Below, in pieces: positions 15,562-23,983 of a stretch of 24,684 nt of DNA. Position numbers and translations under genes: made by a program. The notes under the pieces were generated by a model, which made no database searches, had not been told where the DNA came from, and saw only the letters and a list, made by a program, of their open reading frames with translations. The stretch covers positions 1 through 24,684 of IMG/VR virus record IMGVR_UViG_3300008255_000458; one strand, written 5' to 3'. The stretch comes from a virus. Lineage: Duplodnaviria > Caudoviricetes. The stretch's first letter is position 1; each line of letters starts with the position of its first letter.

Positions 15562-16809
15562 TTACACTACAAGCAGGCGACCCGCTTCCGCCTGAATCAC
15601 ATCGCCGCCGACGCGCCAGTACCAATCCAGCTCCACATCCGGTTTCGCCGAATAGATGTCGCGGATCATGTACATGCCCGGTTTCACGACGATCCGATAG
15701 AACGCCTGCCAGTCAGCCAGCGCCAGCGGAATGTTCGCGTTCGTTCCGTCATCCGCCATGTCTTCGAGAATGACGAATGGCTGGCCAGCGATGCGGCTGA
15801 ATGCGCCTTCGCGGAAACCGTCTTGGAACAGATAGCGGTTGCTGTCGTCTTTGAATAGCACGACCTTGCGCAGCACGTTGCTGTTCATGGCGAACGTCGC
15901 GTTGGCGCGATAGCGTGCGCTTAACCCCGACTGATCCGCGCCGCCCTTCCCATAGAGCAGCTTGTAGAAGTCATCGGGGTCGATCACGTCCGTTGCCGCA
16001 TCCGTGCCGGTGACGAACGGTACATCGCCGGGGATGGTGAATCCGCGCGGTTTGGCTGCACCGTTGCCGGTGACGAACGCCGTGCCGATCAGCACGTCAA
16101 GCGCTTCAGCCGCGTCGAGTCTGATCTCCTCTTCCAGATAGCCCACGTCCGCGAGCATCCGGTTTGTGACCTGACACGCGGCAGCGGCGGCGTGCGGAGT
16201 GATCGTCACTGTGGTGTACTTGCTGCTGGTCTCAGTCGGACGTTCCGATTCGCCGACCCAATAGCCGGTCATGCCGGAACTGCGGACGCGTTTTTCCCAC
16301 CATGCGCTGCCTGCGGCCAGCGTGGTCACGCGGGCCAGTTGCATCACCGGCGAATTCTCCACGACATCCTTGATGATGCCCGCTTCGGTTTCGCCGTCAA
16401 GCAACGCGCCACCTTCAGCCCAGTTCGTGCCGGTCAGTGTGCGCTTCTGCAAATCCTGAATTTCGCTGCGATGATAGAAGTCCGCAGCATTCGGGGCGTT
16501 GAGACCGCCGCCGACGAATGCCATGAATGCGTCGTGATGTTCACTGCTGACCTGCCCGCCCGTCACGCCGTGGCCGATGCGTCCGGCCAGTTCATCGTAA
16601 CGCTCTTCCAGTTTGTCGCGATGTTCGGCATCCACCCGCGCCTGCGCTTCGAGCGCCTGAATGGACTTCTGCGTTTCAGCAAGATCAGCGACGGCGCGAT
16701 TCAGCGCCTCTTCGTTGTTGCCGGACTTGTCGCGAATTTCCACGATCGCCGTGCTGATGTCTCCAAAACTCTGTTTCAAATCTTGGAGGATTTGTTCTGT
16801 TTCTGGCAT
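15562..16809 (-). CDS. HK97-fold major capsid protein with N-terminal delta (scaffold) domain (415 aa)
   Basis: Coiled-coil N-terminus; WVGESERPTET, FVTGNGAAKPRG, YRANATFAMN, KDDSNRYLF and RVGGDV motifs. Confidence 0.92.
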   Translation of the reverse strand: MPETEQILQDLKQSFGDISTAIVEIRDKSGNNEEALNRAVADLAETQKSIQALEAQARVDAEHRDKLEERYDELAGRIGHGVTGGQVSSEHHDAFMAFVGGGLNAPNAADFYHRSEIQDLQKRTLTGTNWAEGGALLDGETEAGIIKDVVENSPVMQLARVTTLAAGSAWWEKRVRSSGMTGYWVGESERPTETSSKYTTVTITPHAAAAACQVTNRMLADVGYLEEEIRLDAAEALDVLIGTAFVTGNGAAKPRGFTIPGDVPFVTGTDAATDVIDPDDFYKLLYGKGGADQSGLSARYRANATFAMNSNVLRKVVLFKDDSNRYLFQDGFREGAFSRIAGQPFVILEDMADDGTNANIPLALADWQAFYRIVVKPGMYMIRDIYSAKPDVELDWYWRVGGDVIQAEAGRLLVV

Positions 16810-16814
16810 CGGTG

Positions 16815-17537
16815 TTACCTCTCCGATAGTTTTCTTACAACTTCAAGTGCCTGATCACGAACGCTAATCAACAGCGCCATGTCGAGACTCGGTTGCAATG
16901 AAGTGTCATCAGACGGCTTCACCGTTACTTCAGTGGCGGCTTGACGGGCAGCTTGCCATTGGTCAAGTGCCGGAGTATGTACTCCCAATTCTAACATGAA
17001 GTCTACCATCGCGTCATAGTTCGCGCGGACTTCGCGAGCAGTCGCATTCGGCGCGGCCTGAAAGTCTGGCGGCGTGATGCTGTACTCAAAGAGTTTCAAT
17101 TCGGTTATCTCAGTTGGTTCACTTGCGCCGCTATCGCTGTCCTTTGCCGCTTTCCATTTGATCGGCTTGAATCCGATGCTCAATCCAGCAGGGCGTTTCA
17201 ATTCGGCGGCCAGCTTGATGAAGCTGTATGTGGCGAGCGACTTCGCGTTATCGCGGATGTTCAATCCGCCTTGCACGTAATAGCCGTGTTCCTGTTCCTC
17301 AGCGGCCAGCCCCATGCCGACCGGCAGCTCAAACGGATCGTGCATGTACAGGATCGGCACTTTGCCGCCGTTGGCGCGATGCGTTTGTTTGAATGCACCC
17401 GGCTTGACGATCTCGTTATAGCTCGGAACCAGTTCGTTGAACATCGCGGCGTATCCTTCGAACACGCCCAGATCATCGCGGTTTTCGATGTCGCCCAGTT
17501 TGAGCTTGGCAGTGAAATAATGTTTCATCTCGCTCAT
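16815..17537 (-). CDS. HK97-family prohead protease (240 aa)
   Basis: FEGYAAMFN, PGAF, PILYMHD, GLSIGF and LFEYSI motifs. Confidence 0.9.
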   Translation of the reverse strand: MSEMKHYFTAKLKLGDIENRDDLGVFEGYAAMFNELVPSYNEIVKPGAFKQTHRANGGKVPILYMHDPFELPVGMGLAAEEQEHGYYVQGGLNIRDNAKSLATYSFIKLAAELKRPAGLSIGFKPIKWKAAKDSDSGASEPTEITELKLFEYSITPPDFQAAPNATAREVRANYDAMVDFMLELGVHTPALDQWQAARQAATEVTVKPSDDTSLQPSLDMALLISVRDQALEVVRKLSER

Positions 17538-19702
17538 ACGGCCTCCATGTCGTCAAGTAATCCGGCTGTCACGCACCTGCAATTTATATCTTCGCTTGCC
17601 ACGCCGCTCAATCCCGGCCCTGGCGATGGTATGCCCTCCAGATCGAACTCGCCATCCAGCGGTCGAACCTGTCCATCCAGCCCTTCGTATGACGGATGGC
17701 GTTCGCCGCCGTCGCGTGCCGTGATCCATTCCATGCGTAACGTCTTGCCGGTCGCTTCAGTGAATTGCGCATACCCTTCTTTCGTAGCCAGTGTATCCGC
17801 GCGTCCGACTTCCGTTCGCGCTATCGCCTCAGCCCGCGCAGCAGTAATGCCGCCTTTCTCATTCACGTTGAAGTAATCCTGAATCGCCTCTTTGACACTC
17901 AACTCGCCGCCTTGCGCTTCGTTGATGACGCGGTTGATCTGTTCCGCTGTCGCCTCGTTTATCAACCTGCTGCGCTTGGCGAGGTCTTTTGTCAGGAATG
18001 TAGTGAACAGCGGACGGCTCTGGTCAATAAGCAGGCTCTGCCCTAAGTTTTCCACTGCGGCCAACGCCATGCCTGCAAGCATTTCGCGGAACAGCGTCTC
18101 AAACAAGTCAACGAAAACCTCCGCCTCTTCCTCGTCGTTCAATAGATCGGCGGCGCTCACTGCGCGAGTTGCCATGTATCCCTTTCGCGCCAACCGTTCC
18201 ATGATGCGCTCTTGCTGGCCTGACCAGTATTCAGCCAACGTGCTGCGCATCTTCCGTTCCCACTTCACGCGCTTGGCTTCGCGGCGTTTCACTTCGGCAG
18301 CACGCAACTCCAGCGTCGGATACATGCTGCGCGGATGGAATACCGGGTCAGCGCGGCGCTGCATCCGTTCCTCATCCTCCATCGGCGGCTCTTCGGCTGG
18401 CGGTTCAGGTTCGGGCGCTTCCTCCACCGGCTCATCCACCGGCGGGCGCAATGCAGCCGTCGCAATCTCGATGTATGTAAGCTCGCCGATGGGCCGTTCA
18501 AGCGGTTGCAGCCCTTGCCGTTCACGCGCTTCGTTTACGGTCAGCCAATCGCTCAGCGCAATCTCTTTCGCCACGTCCGCGCTGTTTTCCTGCAACGCCG
18601 GGATGTCTCGTGTATCCAGCGTCAACGTGATTGAATCATCGCGCATCCACTGGCGCAACTTCCATTGCAGCTCTGACGCGAATTGCTTCATGTGTGGCAA
18701 TACCGCGTTTACGTAAAACCATTCATCAGCGGCGGCGGCGTTGGCAAACGTACTCGCTCCCATATCGCCCACGAGGATGCTCGGTACATTCATCACGGCG
18801 CAAATCCTGCGTAACATCGTCAGATCGCCGCTGACCCAATCCATGTCCTTCGGCGAGAATCCCATCATCTGCAAATCCAGCGTATCGGCGTTGACCACGG
18901 CCACACGGCCAATGTTCTGCGTCCCTGATACCTGCCGCTCAATCTCCGTGCGAACCTTGTCCCGCTCTTGCTCTTTGCTGTATTTGCTGCCGGTGATCCG
19001 CGCAATCGCGCTAGGCATCCCGCTCCGCTGCAACAGCGTCTTGTTCCATCGCTGGCCGAGGTTGCTGGTGTCAATCGCATACGCTGCGGATTCCAGCGGC
19101 GAATGCGGAGTCAGTTCGCCCGTCGGATGTTCAGCCCGGATATACAGCATTTCTTCCGGCGAGATGATTTCCTTGCTGCCCTTGCCATCGTTGTATTCGT
19201 AGCCGGTCACGTCCCACTTGCCGAGCGTCAATCGCACATAATCAGGACGGCGCAATCGCAGCGCCATCGTAACCGGTATGCGAGTACCGCCAAGAAACGG
19301 TTTCGCCAATACGTTGAATCCTTGCACGAACGCAGCACCCGCGAGATGATATTGCAACACCTCCAGCATGATGAAGCTGGCGTAGCCCTGCTGCGGATTC
19401 GGACGTTGCAACAGCGCAGCGAGTATCGCCTGATCCGGCGTGAACTCTTCCGGCGGGATGATGCTGCCATTCACGATCTCGCTGTCCGGTTCGGCCAGCC
19501 TGATGCCGACTGACCCGCAACCTTGCCCGAACTTGTTCAGACAGGCGGCGAGTACAGGGTTCATTTGCCAGCCTTCACGCACGAAGTCAGTGAATCGCCA
19601 TGCCGATGTAGTTTCTAAATCCAGTCCCCAACTGATGATTTCAGACAGTGAAGCGCGAGTGGCAAGCTGCCATCCAGCTCTGAATCTGTTCAACCAGTTC
19701 AA
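17534..19702 (-). CDS. HK97-type portal protein fused to a Mu gpF / SPP1 gp7-like head morphogenesis domain (722 aa)
   Basis: Portal motifs LLQRPNP, SPLESA, SPKDMD, NVPSILVG and LTVNEARERQGL; then a P/E linker; then RAEAIARTE, EWITARD and EDINCRC. Confidence 0.88.
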   Translation of the reverse strand: MNWLNRFRAGWQLATRASLSEIISWGLDLETTSAWRFTDFVREGWQMNPVLAACLNKFGQGCGSVGIRLAEPDSEIVNGSIIPPEEFTPDQAILAALLQRPNPQQGYASFIMLEVLQYHLAGAAFVQGFNVLAKPFLGGTRIPVTMALRLRRPDYVRLTLGKWDVTGYEYNDGKGSKEIISPEEMLYIRAEHPTGELTPHSPLESAAYAIDTSNLGQRWNKTLLQRSGMPSAIARITGSKYSKEQERDKVRTEIERQVSGTQNIGRVAVVNADTLDLQMMGFSPKDMDWVSGDLTMLRRICAVMNVPSILVGDMGASTFANAAAADEWFYVNAVLPHMKQFASELQWKLRQWMRDDSITLTLDTRDIPALQENSADVAKEIALSDWLTVNEARERQGLQPLERPIGELTYIEIATAALRPPVDEPVEEAPEPEPPAEEPPMEDEERMQRRADPVFHPRSMYPTLELRAAEVKRREAKRVKWERKMRSTLAEYWSGQQERIMERLARKGYMATRAVSAADLLNDEEEAEVFVDLFETLFREMLAGMALAAVENLGQSLLIDQSRPLFTTFLTKDLAKRSRLINEATAEQINRVINEAQGGELSVKEAIQDYFNVNEKGGITAARAEAIARTEVGRADTLATKEGYAQFTEATGKTLRMEWITARDGGERHPSYEGLDGQVRPLDGEFDLEGIPSPGPGLSGVASEDINCRCVTAGLLDDMEAV

Positions 19703-19749
19703 ATCATCTATGACCCTACCGCCCGGTTTAGCCTGCGGACGGCTGCTGA

Positions 19750-19776
19750 ATTATAACACGATGCAAAGAAAGTCAA
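19750..19776 (-). promoter_or_regulatory. Promoter upstream of the portal gene (TTGACT-15nt-TATAAT, extended -10 TG)
   Basis: Minus strand reads TTGACT ttctttgcatcgtgt TATAAT; the spacer is short. Confidence 0.6.
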
Positions 19777-19796
19777 GCGCGGTTTTTACGCCGCGC
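19765..19796 (-). terminator. Terminator-like hairpin after TerL
   Basis: GCGCGG-cgtaaaaa-CCGCGC followed by TTGACTTTCTTT. Confidence 0.5.
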
Positions 19797-19834
19797 CTGA
19801 TCTTTGAATGAGGAGGGATGGAATCCCACTTGTA

Positions 19835-21361
19835 TTATATCACCCACGCGGACTCCGTGCCAATCACGCCGACACATAGATAGCGGGTGCTGTCAACGCC
19901 GTGATCCGCGATCTTCTTGACCCGCTCCGCCTCATCGTCTTTATACATGTAGCCGATCATCTGTTCAATCAACTTCACGCAACGCGGATGAATCCACATG
20001 CCATCGTCACGGTTCAACACCTCGCGCACTGTCTGAATCCCGTCAGCAACCGCGTTGAGTTTGCCGCCGCTGGAAGTAGTGGCTGAGTTCCAAAGTTCCA
20101 GTTGATCGAACGTAGCGCCATCGCCAGCCGCGCTCGGATCACGATAGATCAATTCCAGATCAGCCGCCGCGTCAAGTCCGTGGTCAGCGAACCATTGAAT
20201 CAACTGCACTCCCAGATCATACGCCGTGACCTTCTCTGGACAAAGTTCATCGTATATGCGGAATTGGTCGCCGTTCCAGACTTGCCCGATCACGATAAAC
20301 GGATGGTTGAATCCAGCATCGTAGCCGCAGACGATCGGCACGTCAGGCAACAGATCGAACTCACGAACGTGTTTGCTGATGCTAAACATCGGATAGATCG
20401 CGCCGGTGTGTGTGACAAACGCATCATTCGGTTCACGCGGAAATTCCTGACTCATGCGGCGCGGGTCTTGCATCTTCGCCAACGTCTCGCTGTACCAGGC
20501 TTCATCGCGGTCAGGCCGCGTGTCGTACGGCATGAACACATTGCGGAATCCTGACGCGCCTTTCTCGCCTTCGATCCACAGGCGATGATGCTCGCTGCCC
20601 GGCCCGTTGCCGGTGCTGACCGGCACGACCTGACCGCCGGTATCCGCTGCCACACCTACAACCGCTGTAAGTACCTGCCCCGGATTTTCGTAGAACGCAA
20701 ACTCTTCGAGTCGCACGCGCTTGGCTGCGATGGAGCGAGATGCGCCGGAAGTTGCCACGTATGATTCAACCAGTGATACCGCGCCGGTGTCTGGATTCAA
20801 CAGGCCGAATTGCGATTTGCTCTGATACCCGATAGCTGGCCGTTTGCGCATCAGGAACGGCGGCTGATGATCCAGCACCATGCGGATACGGGCGATGTGC
20901 GCGAACGAATACGGCTCAGTTTGCGCGATGATACCGAGCCGGATGTTATCCATGAACATGATATCGCCAGCGTCAATGTCTTCGAACAGCCAACTCACGC
21001 CGAGCTGTCGCGCTTTGAGTACGTTGATGTCTTCGCCTGCCGCGTATGCCGCTGCCACGTCGAGCTGCCCCGGCCAGCCCCGCACACCCGGCCAGAGGAT
21101 CAACGGTTGCAGGTTATGTGATTTACCGATGGAGTCCAGATACGCGATGATGCCATCGCCAGCGAACTCCGTGCCGGTTCGCTCATCGCGGATGTATCCG
21201 TAATGTTGCAGCCAATACAGGCGATCATCCATGCAGAGCGTGAATTCCAAATCCCACATCTCCGCGTCGGTCAGCGCAGCAAGTTGCTCCGGTGTCACCT
21301 GCTCGAGCTGGTCAATGAATGGCACTGGCAGATTATACCGCCATAGCAAACGGCCCGGCAT
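19835..21361 (-). CDS. terL: Terminase large subunit (possible leaderless start at GTG 21325)
   Basis: Walker A VLKARQLGVSW, Walker B RVRLEEFAF, coupling motif STGNG, nuclease motifs GYDAGFNHP and DHGVDSTRY. Confidence 0.92.
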   Translation of the reverse strand: MPGRLLWRYNLPVPFIDQLEQVTPEQLAALTDAEMWDLEFTLCMDDRLYWLQHYGYIRDERTGTEFAGDGIIAYLDSIGKSHNLQPLILWPGVRGWPGQLDVAAAYAAGEDINVLKARQLGVSWLFEDIDAGDIMFMDNIRLGIIAQTEPYSFAHIARIRMVLDHQPPFLMRKRPAIGYQSKSQFGLLNPDTGAVSLVESYVATSGASRSIAAKRVRLEEFAFYENPGQVLTAVVGVAADTGGQVVPVSTGNGPGSEHHRLWIEGEKGASGFRNVFMPYDTRPDRDEAWYSETLAKMQDPRRMSQEFPREPNDAFVTHTGAIYPMFSISKHVREFDLLPDVPIVCGYDAGFNHPFIVIGQVWNGDQFRIYDELCPEKVTAYDLGVQLIQWFADHGLDAAADLELIYRDPSAAGDGATFDQLELWNSATTSSGGKLNAVADGIQTVREVLNRDDGMWIHPRCVKLIEQMIGYMYKDDEAERVKKIADHGVDSTRYLCVGVIGTESAWVI

Positions 21362-21375
21362 CTAACAACCGGGCC
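21345..21375 (-). terminator. Terminator-like hairpin after the acidic gene
   Basis: GGCCCGG-10 nt-CCGGGCC-GTTTGCT. Confidence 0.5.
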
Positions 21376-21396
21376 TGCTGAATATGGGCAGTCAGA

Positions 21397-21687
21397 TTAT
21401 ACCACTAACCGGCGTTCCGTCTCTTCTTGCATAGCCCACCAATGCTCTGGTACTACCATGTCCAAGAAACAGTCACACTCCCACTTGGCTTTCCATCTCG
21501 CTTCCCATCTGGCGTCATCCCAGTCATCACAATAGTCCCCATCCCAGCCGTCATCGTAATCCCAGGTGTCCGGCAAGCCGGTCAGGTCATTCACGACATC
21601 TTGCGCACGGCAGCGGGTATTGTCGTCATACAGGAAATCCGGCGCTCGTAGCAGGTGTTCGCATAATGCCAGAGTCCACTCGTCCAT
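21397..21687 (-). CDS. Asp/Trp-rich small protein (96 aa), moron-like, between TerS and TerL
   Basis: GGAG SD; its own upstream TATAAT and a downstream hairpin. Confidence 0.6.
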   Translation of the reverse strand: MDEWTLALCEHLLRAPDFLYDDNTRCRAQDVVNDLTGLPDTWDYDDGWDGDYCDDWDDARWEARWKAKWECDCFLDMVVPEHWWAMQEETERRLVV

Positions 21688-21699
21688 ATCATCTCCATG

Positions 21700-21790
21700 G
21701 GGAAGGGGCTGGCGGAACCCAATTAGCTGCTGTGGAAGTTTCCGCTATGCCACAGGTCACGTTGTCAGCCCTGCAAGATCGCTGGTTACA
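21700..21790 (-). ncRNA. Candidate pseudoknotted 5' leader RNA
   Basis: Stems GGGCUG/CAGCCC and CUGUGG/CCACAG, with loop GCGGAA pairing to downstream UUCCGC. Confidence 0.4.
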
Positions 21791-21803
21791 TGTAGATTAT
21801 ACC

Positions 21804-21836
21804 AAAAACCCCGGCGCTAGGGGAGTAATGCCGGGG
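21804..21836 (-). terminator. Rho-independent terminator
   Basis: CCCCGGC-14 nt-GCCGGGG-TTTTT, immediately followed by GGTATAAT. Confidence 0.7.
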
Positions 21837-21854
21837 CAGGTTAGTGTGGAAAAT

Positions 21855-21962
21855 ACGGGTAGGCTAGGTTGAATCTGTTACATACCTGATACAGTTACAG
21901 CCGCGCTCTGTATCATTTCCAGCGCGGGTATGCCACTCGCGCCAGTGCTGGCCGCGACCCGT
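21855..21962 (-). ncRNA. Candidate structured RNA with an H-type pseudoknot
   Basis: S1 CCGCGCU/AGCGCGG, S2 UGAUACAG/CUGUAUCA, an upstream hairpin, and a closing ACGGGU/ACCCGU helix. Confidence 0.45.
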
Positions 21963-22028
21963 TGTATCAATTAAAATCGCCTTCATTTCATTTTAACTTT
22001 TCGGCCAAAAATCAAGATACGGAAATAA

Positions 22029-22643
22029 CTACCCTGCATCTTCCTCCCCTACGACTCTCCCAGCGGTCTCTATCACTGTCAGGCCCAGCTTGTCAGCGAT
22101 GCGCTGGCGGATCGCGGTGGTATCGCTGGCAATCGTCACGAGGTGGTCTATGCCGATCTTCACGTTATCGAGACCGAGCAGGGTGCGGTATGCACGTTGC
22201 AGTGCTTCCTCGGATTTAACCAAGTTCAGCACTTCCTTGCTGGATACATCAGCTCCGAATATCCCTTCTAGTAACGCCGCAGTGTCAGCATGCCCTTGCT
22301 CGGACGCTTCGCCGATCGCTTGCATGATGGCCTCTTTGCCCATCTGCTGAAGACTGAAAAGCTTTTCCAATTCATGCCCGATGACAGCAGCAGCCATCTC
22401 CATTCGTTCGTGAGAATCCTGAGCATACTTGTGAATCCGCGTCTCGCGTTGCAACACCAGCGCTTTAGCCAGTTTGGATTCATCACGGCTGACGTGCTGA
22501 TCCCATTCTTCCAAGGCTCGCCAGTCTCGGACAGTGGCGCGGTTGACACTGAACTCCTTGGCAGTGTATGAATCATTGCAACCGCAGGCGCGCCAAAATT
22601 CGTATTCGACTTGTCGCTTAATGCGTTTTAGCGATGATGGCAT
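22029..22643 (-). CDS. terS: Terminase small subunit (204 aa)
   Basis: N-terminal HTH (YTAKEFSVNRATVRDWRALEEWD) followed by a helical region; upstream of TerL. Confidence 0.7.
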   Translation of the reverse strand: MPSSLKRIKRQVEYEFWRACGCNDSYTAKEFSVNRATVRDWRALEEWDQHVSRDESKLAKALVLQRETRIHKYAQDSHERMEMAAAVIGHELEKLFSLQQMGKEAIMQAIGEASEQGHADTAALLEGIFGADVSSKEVLNLVKSEEALQRAYRTLLGLDNVKIGIDHLVTIASDTTAIRQRIADKLGLTVIETAGRVVGEEDAG

Positions 22644-22679
22644 GTTGTGTTACCTGCTGATACCTAAGAATCATAGAAA

Positions 22680-22967
22680 TTATACCGCGTCGGCATCGGC
22701 GAGTTTGCATATCAGGTCAATCAGTGCGAGTTGGGGGGTGTCGCCTACTCCCTTCATGGCCGGTTGCATATGCTCATAGTCCGGTGTGTAAAGCGCATAC
22801 CAGCCGGTGTGGTTCATGGCGACGAACACAGGGGAGTCACCCGGCCACTTCGCCTGAATCCACGCTATCAGGTCATCCGAGCTGGGCAGCTTCACCGACG
22901 ACGCGGACGGCTCCGGGGGAGTGTATCCGGCAGCAAGCAGGCGGGCTAGGGTGTCATGTTCAATCAT
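22680..22967 (-). CDS. Phage hypothetical protein (95 aa), possibly ABA-sandwich-like
   Basis: LPSSDDLIAWI...W...GDTPQLALIDL pattern; GGAGG SD with ATGA coupling. Confidence 0.55.
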   Translation of the reverse strand: MIEHDTLARLLAAGYTPPEPSASSVKLPSSDDLIAWIQAKWPGDSPVFVAMNHTGWYALYTPDYEHMQPAMKGVGDTPQLALIDLICKLADADAV

Positions 22968-23053
22968 TCCGTTTCCTCCAAGGGTTTCAGCACGGGGTTC
23001 GCCAGCTCCGCCTCCAGCGCGGTGATTGCGGCGAGTAGTTGTTCAGTGGTCAT
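22964..23053 (-). CDS. 29-aa microprotein MTTEQLLAAITALEAELANPVLKPLEETE
   Basis: AAGGAGG SD; fills the gap between neighbours and couples to the next gene. Confidence 0.5.
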   Translation of the reverse strand: MTTEQLLAAITALEAELANPVLKPLEETE

Positions 23054-23249
23054 GCTGAACCTCCTTGGGGATTGCTGCCAGGGCCTCGCGTTTCCGCGTG
23101 TACCAGCGACCGTATCCAGTGCAGGGGCAGGGTATGTCCCCGGCCTCGTCCGTCCGTCCGACATACCACTTCTTGCCGGGCTTCCAGTCGATACTCGCAA
23201 ACACCGTGCCATCCGGGAATCGCTTGTAGATTTTCCGCTCAGGCGTCAT
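23043..23249 (-). CDS. Hypothetical protein (68 aa, MTPERKIYK...)
   Basis: AAGGAG SD; ATGA overlap. Confidence 0.55.
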   Translation of the reverse strand: MTPERKIYKRFPDGTVFASIDWKPGKKWYVGRTDEAGDIPCPCTGYGRWYTRKREALAAIPKEVQHDH

Positions 23250-23476
23250 CTTTCGCTCCTTCGGGGCAGCAGAGCCGCCAGTGCCGTCACCGTGAGACTG
23301 TCTACCCGCGCCCGGAATCGGGAACACCGGCTTTCGTGCATCCCAGTGGCAAGCCGTCCACATACGCATTGGTACATTTGCAAATCACTCTGCTCGTTCT
23401 CGATTCTCATGCGGGTCCTCATCCACTCACCAAAGTGATTGTCGTATAGGTATTGCATCTTTTCAGATTTGGTCAT
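23246..23476 (-). CDS. Hypothetical protein (76 aa) with a CxC...H...C motif
   Basis: AAGGAG SD; QCVCGRLATGMHESRC. Confidence 0.6.
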   Translation of the reverse strand: MTKSEKMQYLYDNHFGEWMRTRMRIENEQSDLQMYQCVCGRLATGMHESRCSRFRARVDSLTVTALAALLPRRSER

Positions 23477-23479
23477 CGT

Positions 23480-23710
23480 TCACTCCTTGTACTTGTCGGG
23501 TGTATACCATTGCCATCTGGGGCGCTCAGGGAGTTTGGCCGGTGGCAAAGAGATGCCCTTGCTGGGCCAGTATTTCGCCTCGCACAACGCCCCGCATCGC
23601 GGACACCGTTCGCCCTGATCGTCATAGATAGCCCAGCAATGATTGCAGCGGAAGAGCTGTCGCCCCATTGCGTATGACAGTGCCTGACACGCATCCGTTG
23701 TGTAGATCAT
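23480..23710 (-). CDS. Zinc-ribbon protein (76 aa)
   Basis: FRCNHC...RCPRCG; start lies within a boundary repeat. Confidence 0.6.
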   Translation of the reverse strand: MIYTTDACQALSYAMGRQLFRCNHCWAIYDDQGERCPRCGALCEAKYWPSKGISLPPAKLPERPRWQWYTPDKYKE

Positions 23711-23983
23711 TCCTTCACTCCTTTGTGGCGGCTTCCCACTGCGGCCAGCAATGCGAGATACAGCAAGTCCCACGCGCCGTGCTTCTTTCGGTGGAATCCA
23801 ATCACGCGCCCCGTCTTCCATGTCTCTGCGGGGCGTCCCCATTTGCTCAGGGCAAAGTTGTAGTCGCAAACCTCTGGTGTGCCCGTCCCATCATTTGCGA
23901 TTTCAGCCGTTCCTAGATGCTTGGTCAAGCCTGTCCGCGTGGATACCAGTTCAACGGTGACTCGGATCATTCCTTCACTCCTT
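23705..23983. repeat. 19-bp perfect direct repeat (minus strand AAGGAGTGAAGGAATGATC) at 23705-23723 and 23965-23983
   Basis: Exact match; contains SD, stop and start. Confidence 0.85.
23707..23970 (-). CDS. Phage hypothetical protein (87 aa, MIRVTVELVS...IANDGTG...AWDLL)
   Basis: Start lies within a boundary repeat; ATGA coupling. Confidence 0.65.
   Translation of the reverse strand: MIRVTVELVSTRTGLTKHLGTAEIANDGTGTPEVCDYNFALSKWGRPAETWKTGRVIGFHRKKHGAWDLLYLALLAAVGSRHKGVKE

Noticed and set aside
19700-19745. Portal leader hairpin GCCGUCCG/CGGGCGGU as a riboswitch
   Set aside because: A single GC-rich stem with no further support
20690-20725. TerL Walker B reading LEE rather than LDE as a sign of inactivation
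   Set aside because: Conservative change; the catalytic Glu and all other motifs are intact
21695-21775. tRNA/tmRNA-like element (GGGCTG...CAGCCC...CCA)
   Set aside because: No T-arm (TTCRA loop) or D-arm, and far too short for tmRNA
21700-21962. Known ribozyme or riboswitch assignment (HDV, twister, pistol, hammerhead, SAM-II)
   Set aside because: The conserved core nucleotides and topology of these classes could not be matched by eye
21864-21986. 40-aa ORF MKAILIDTTGRGQHW...
   Set aside because: No SD and it overlaps the structured region; kept only as an alternative explanation
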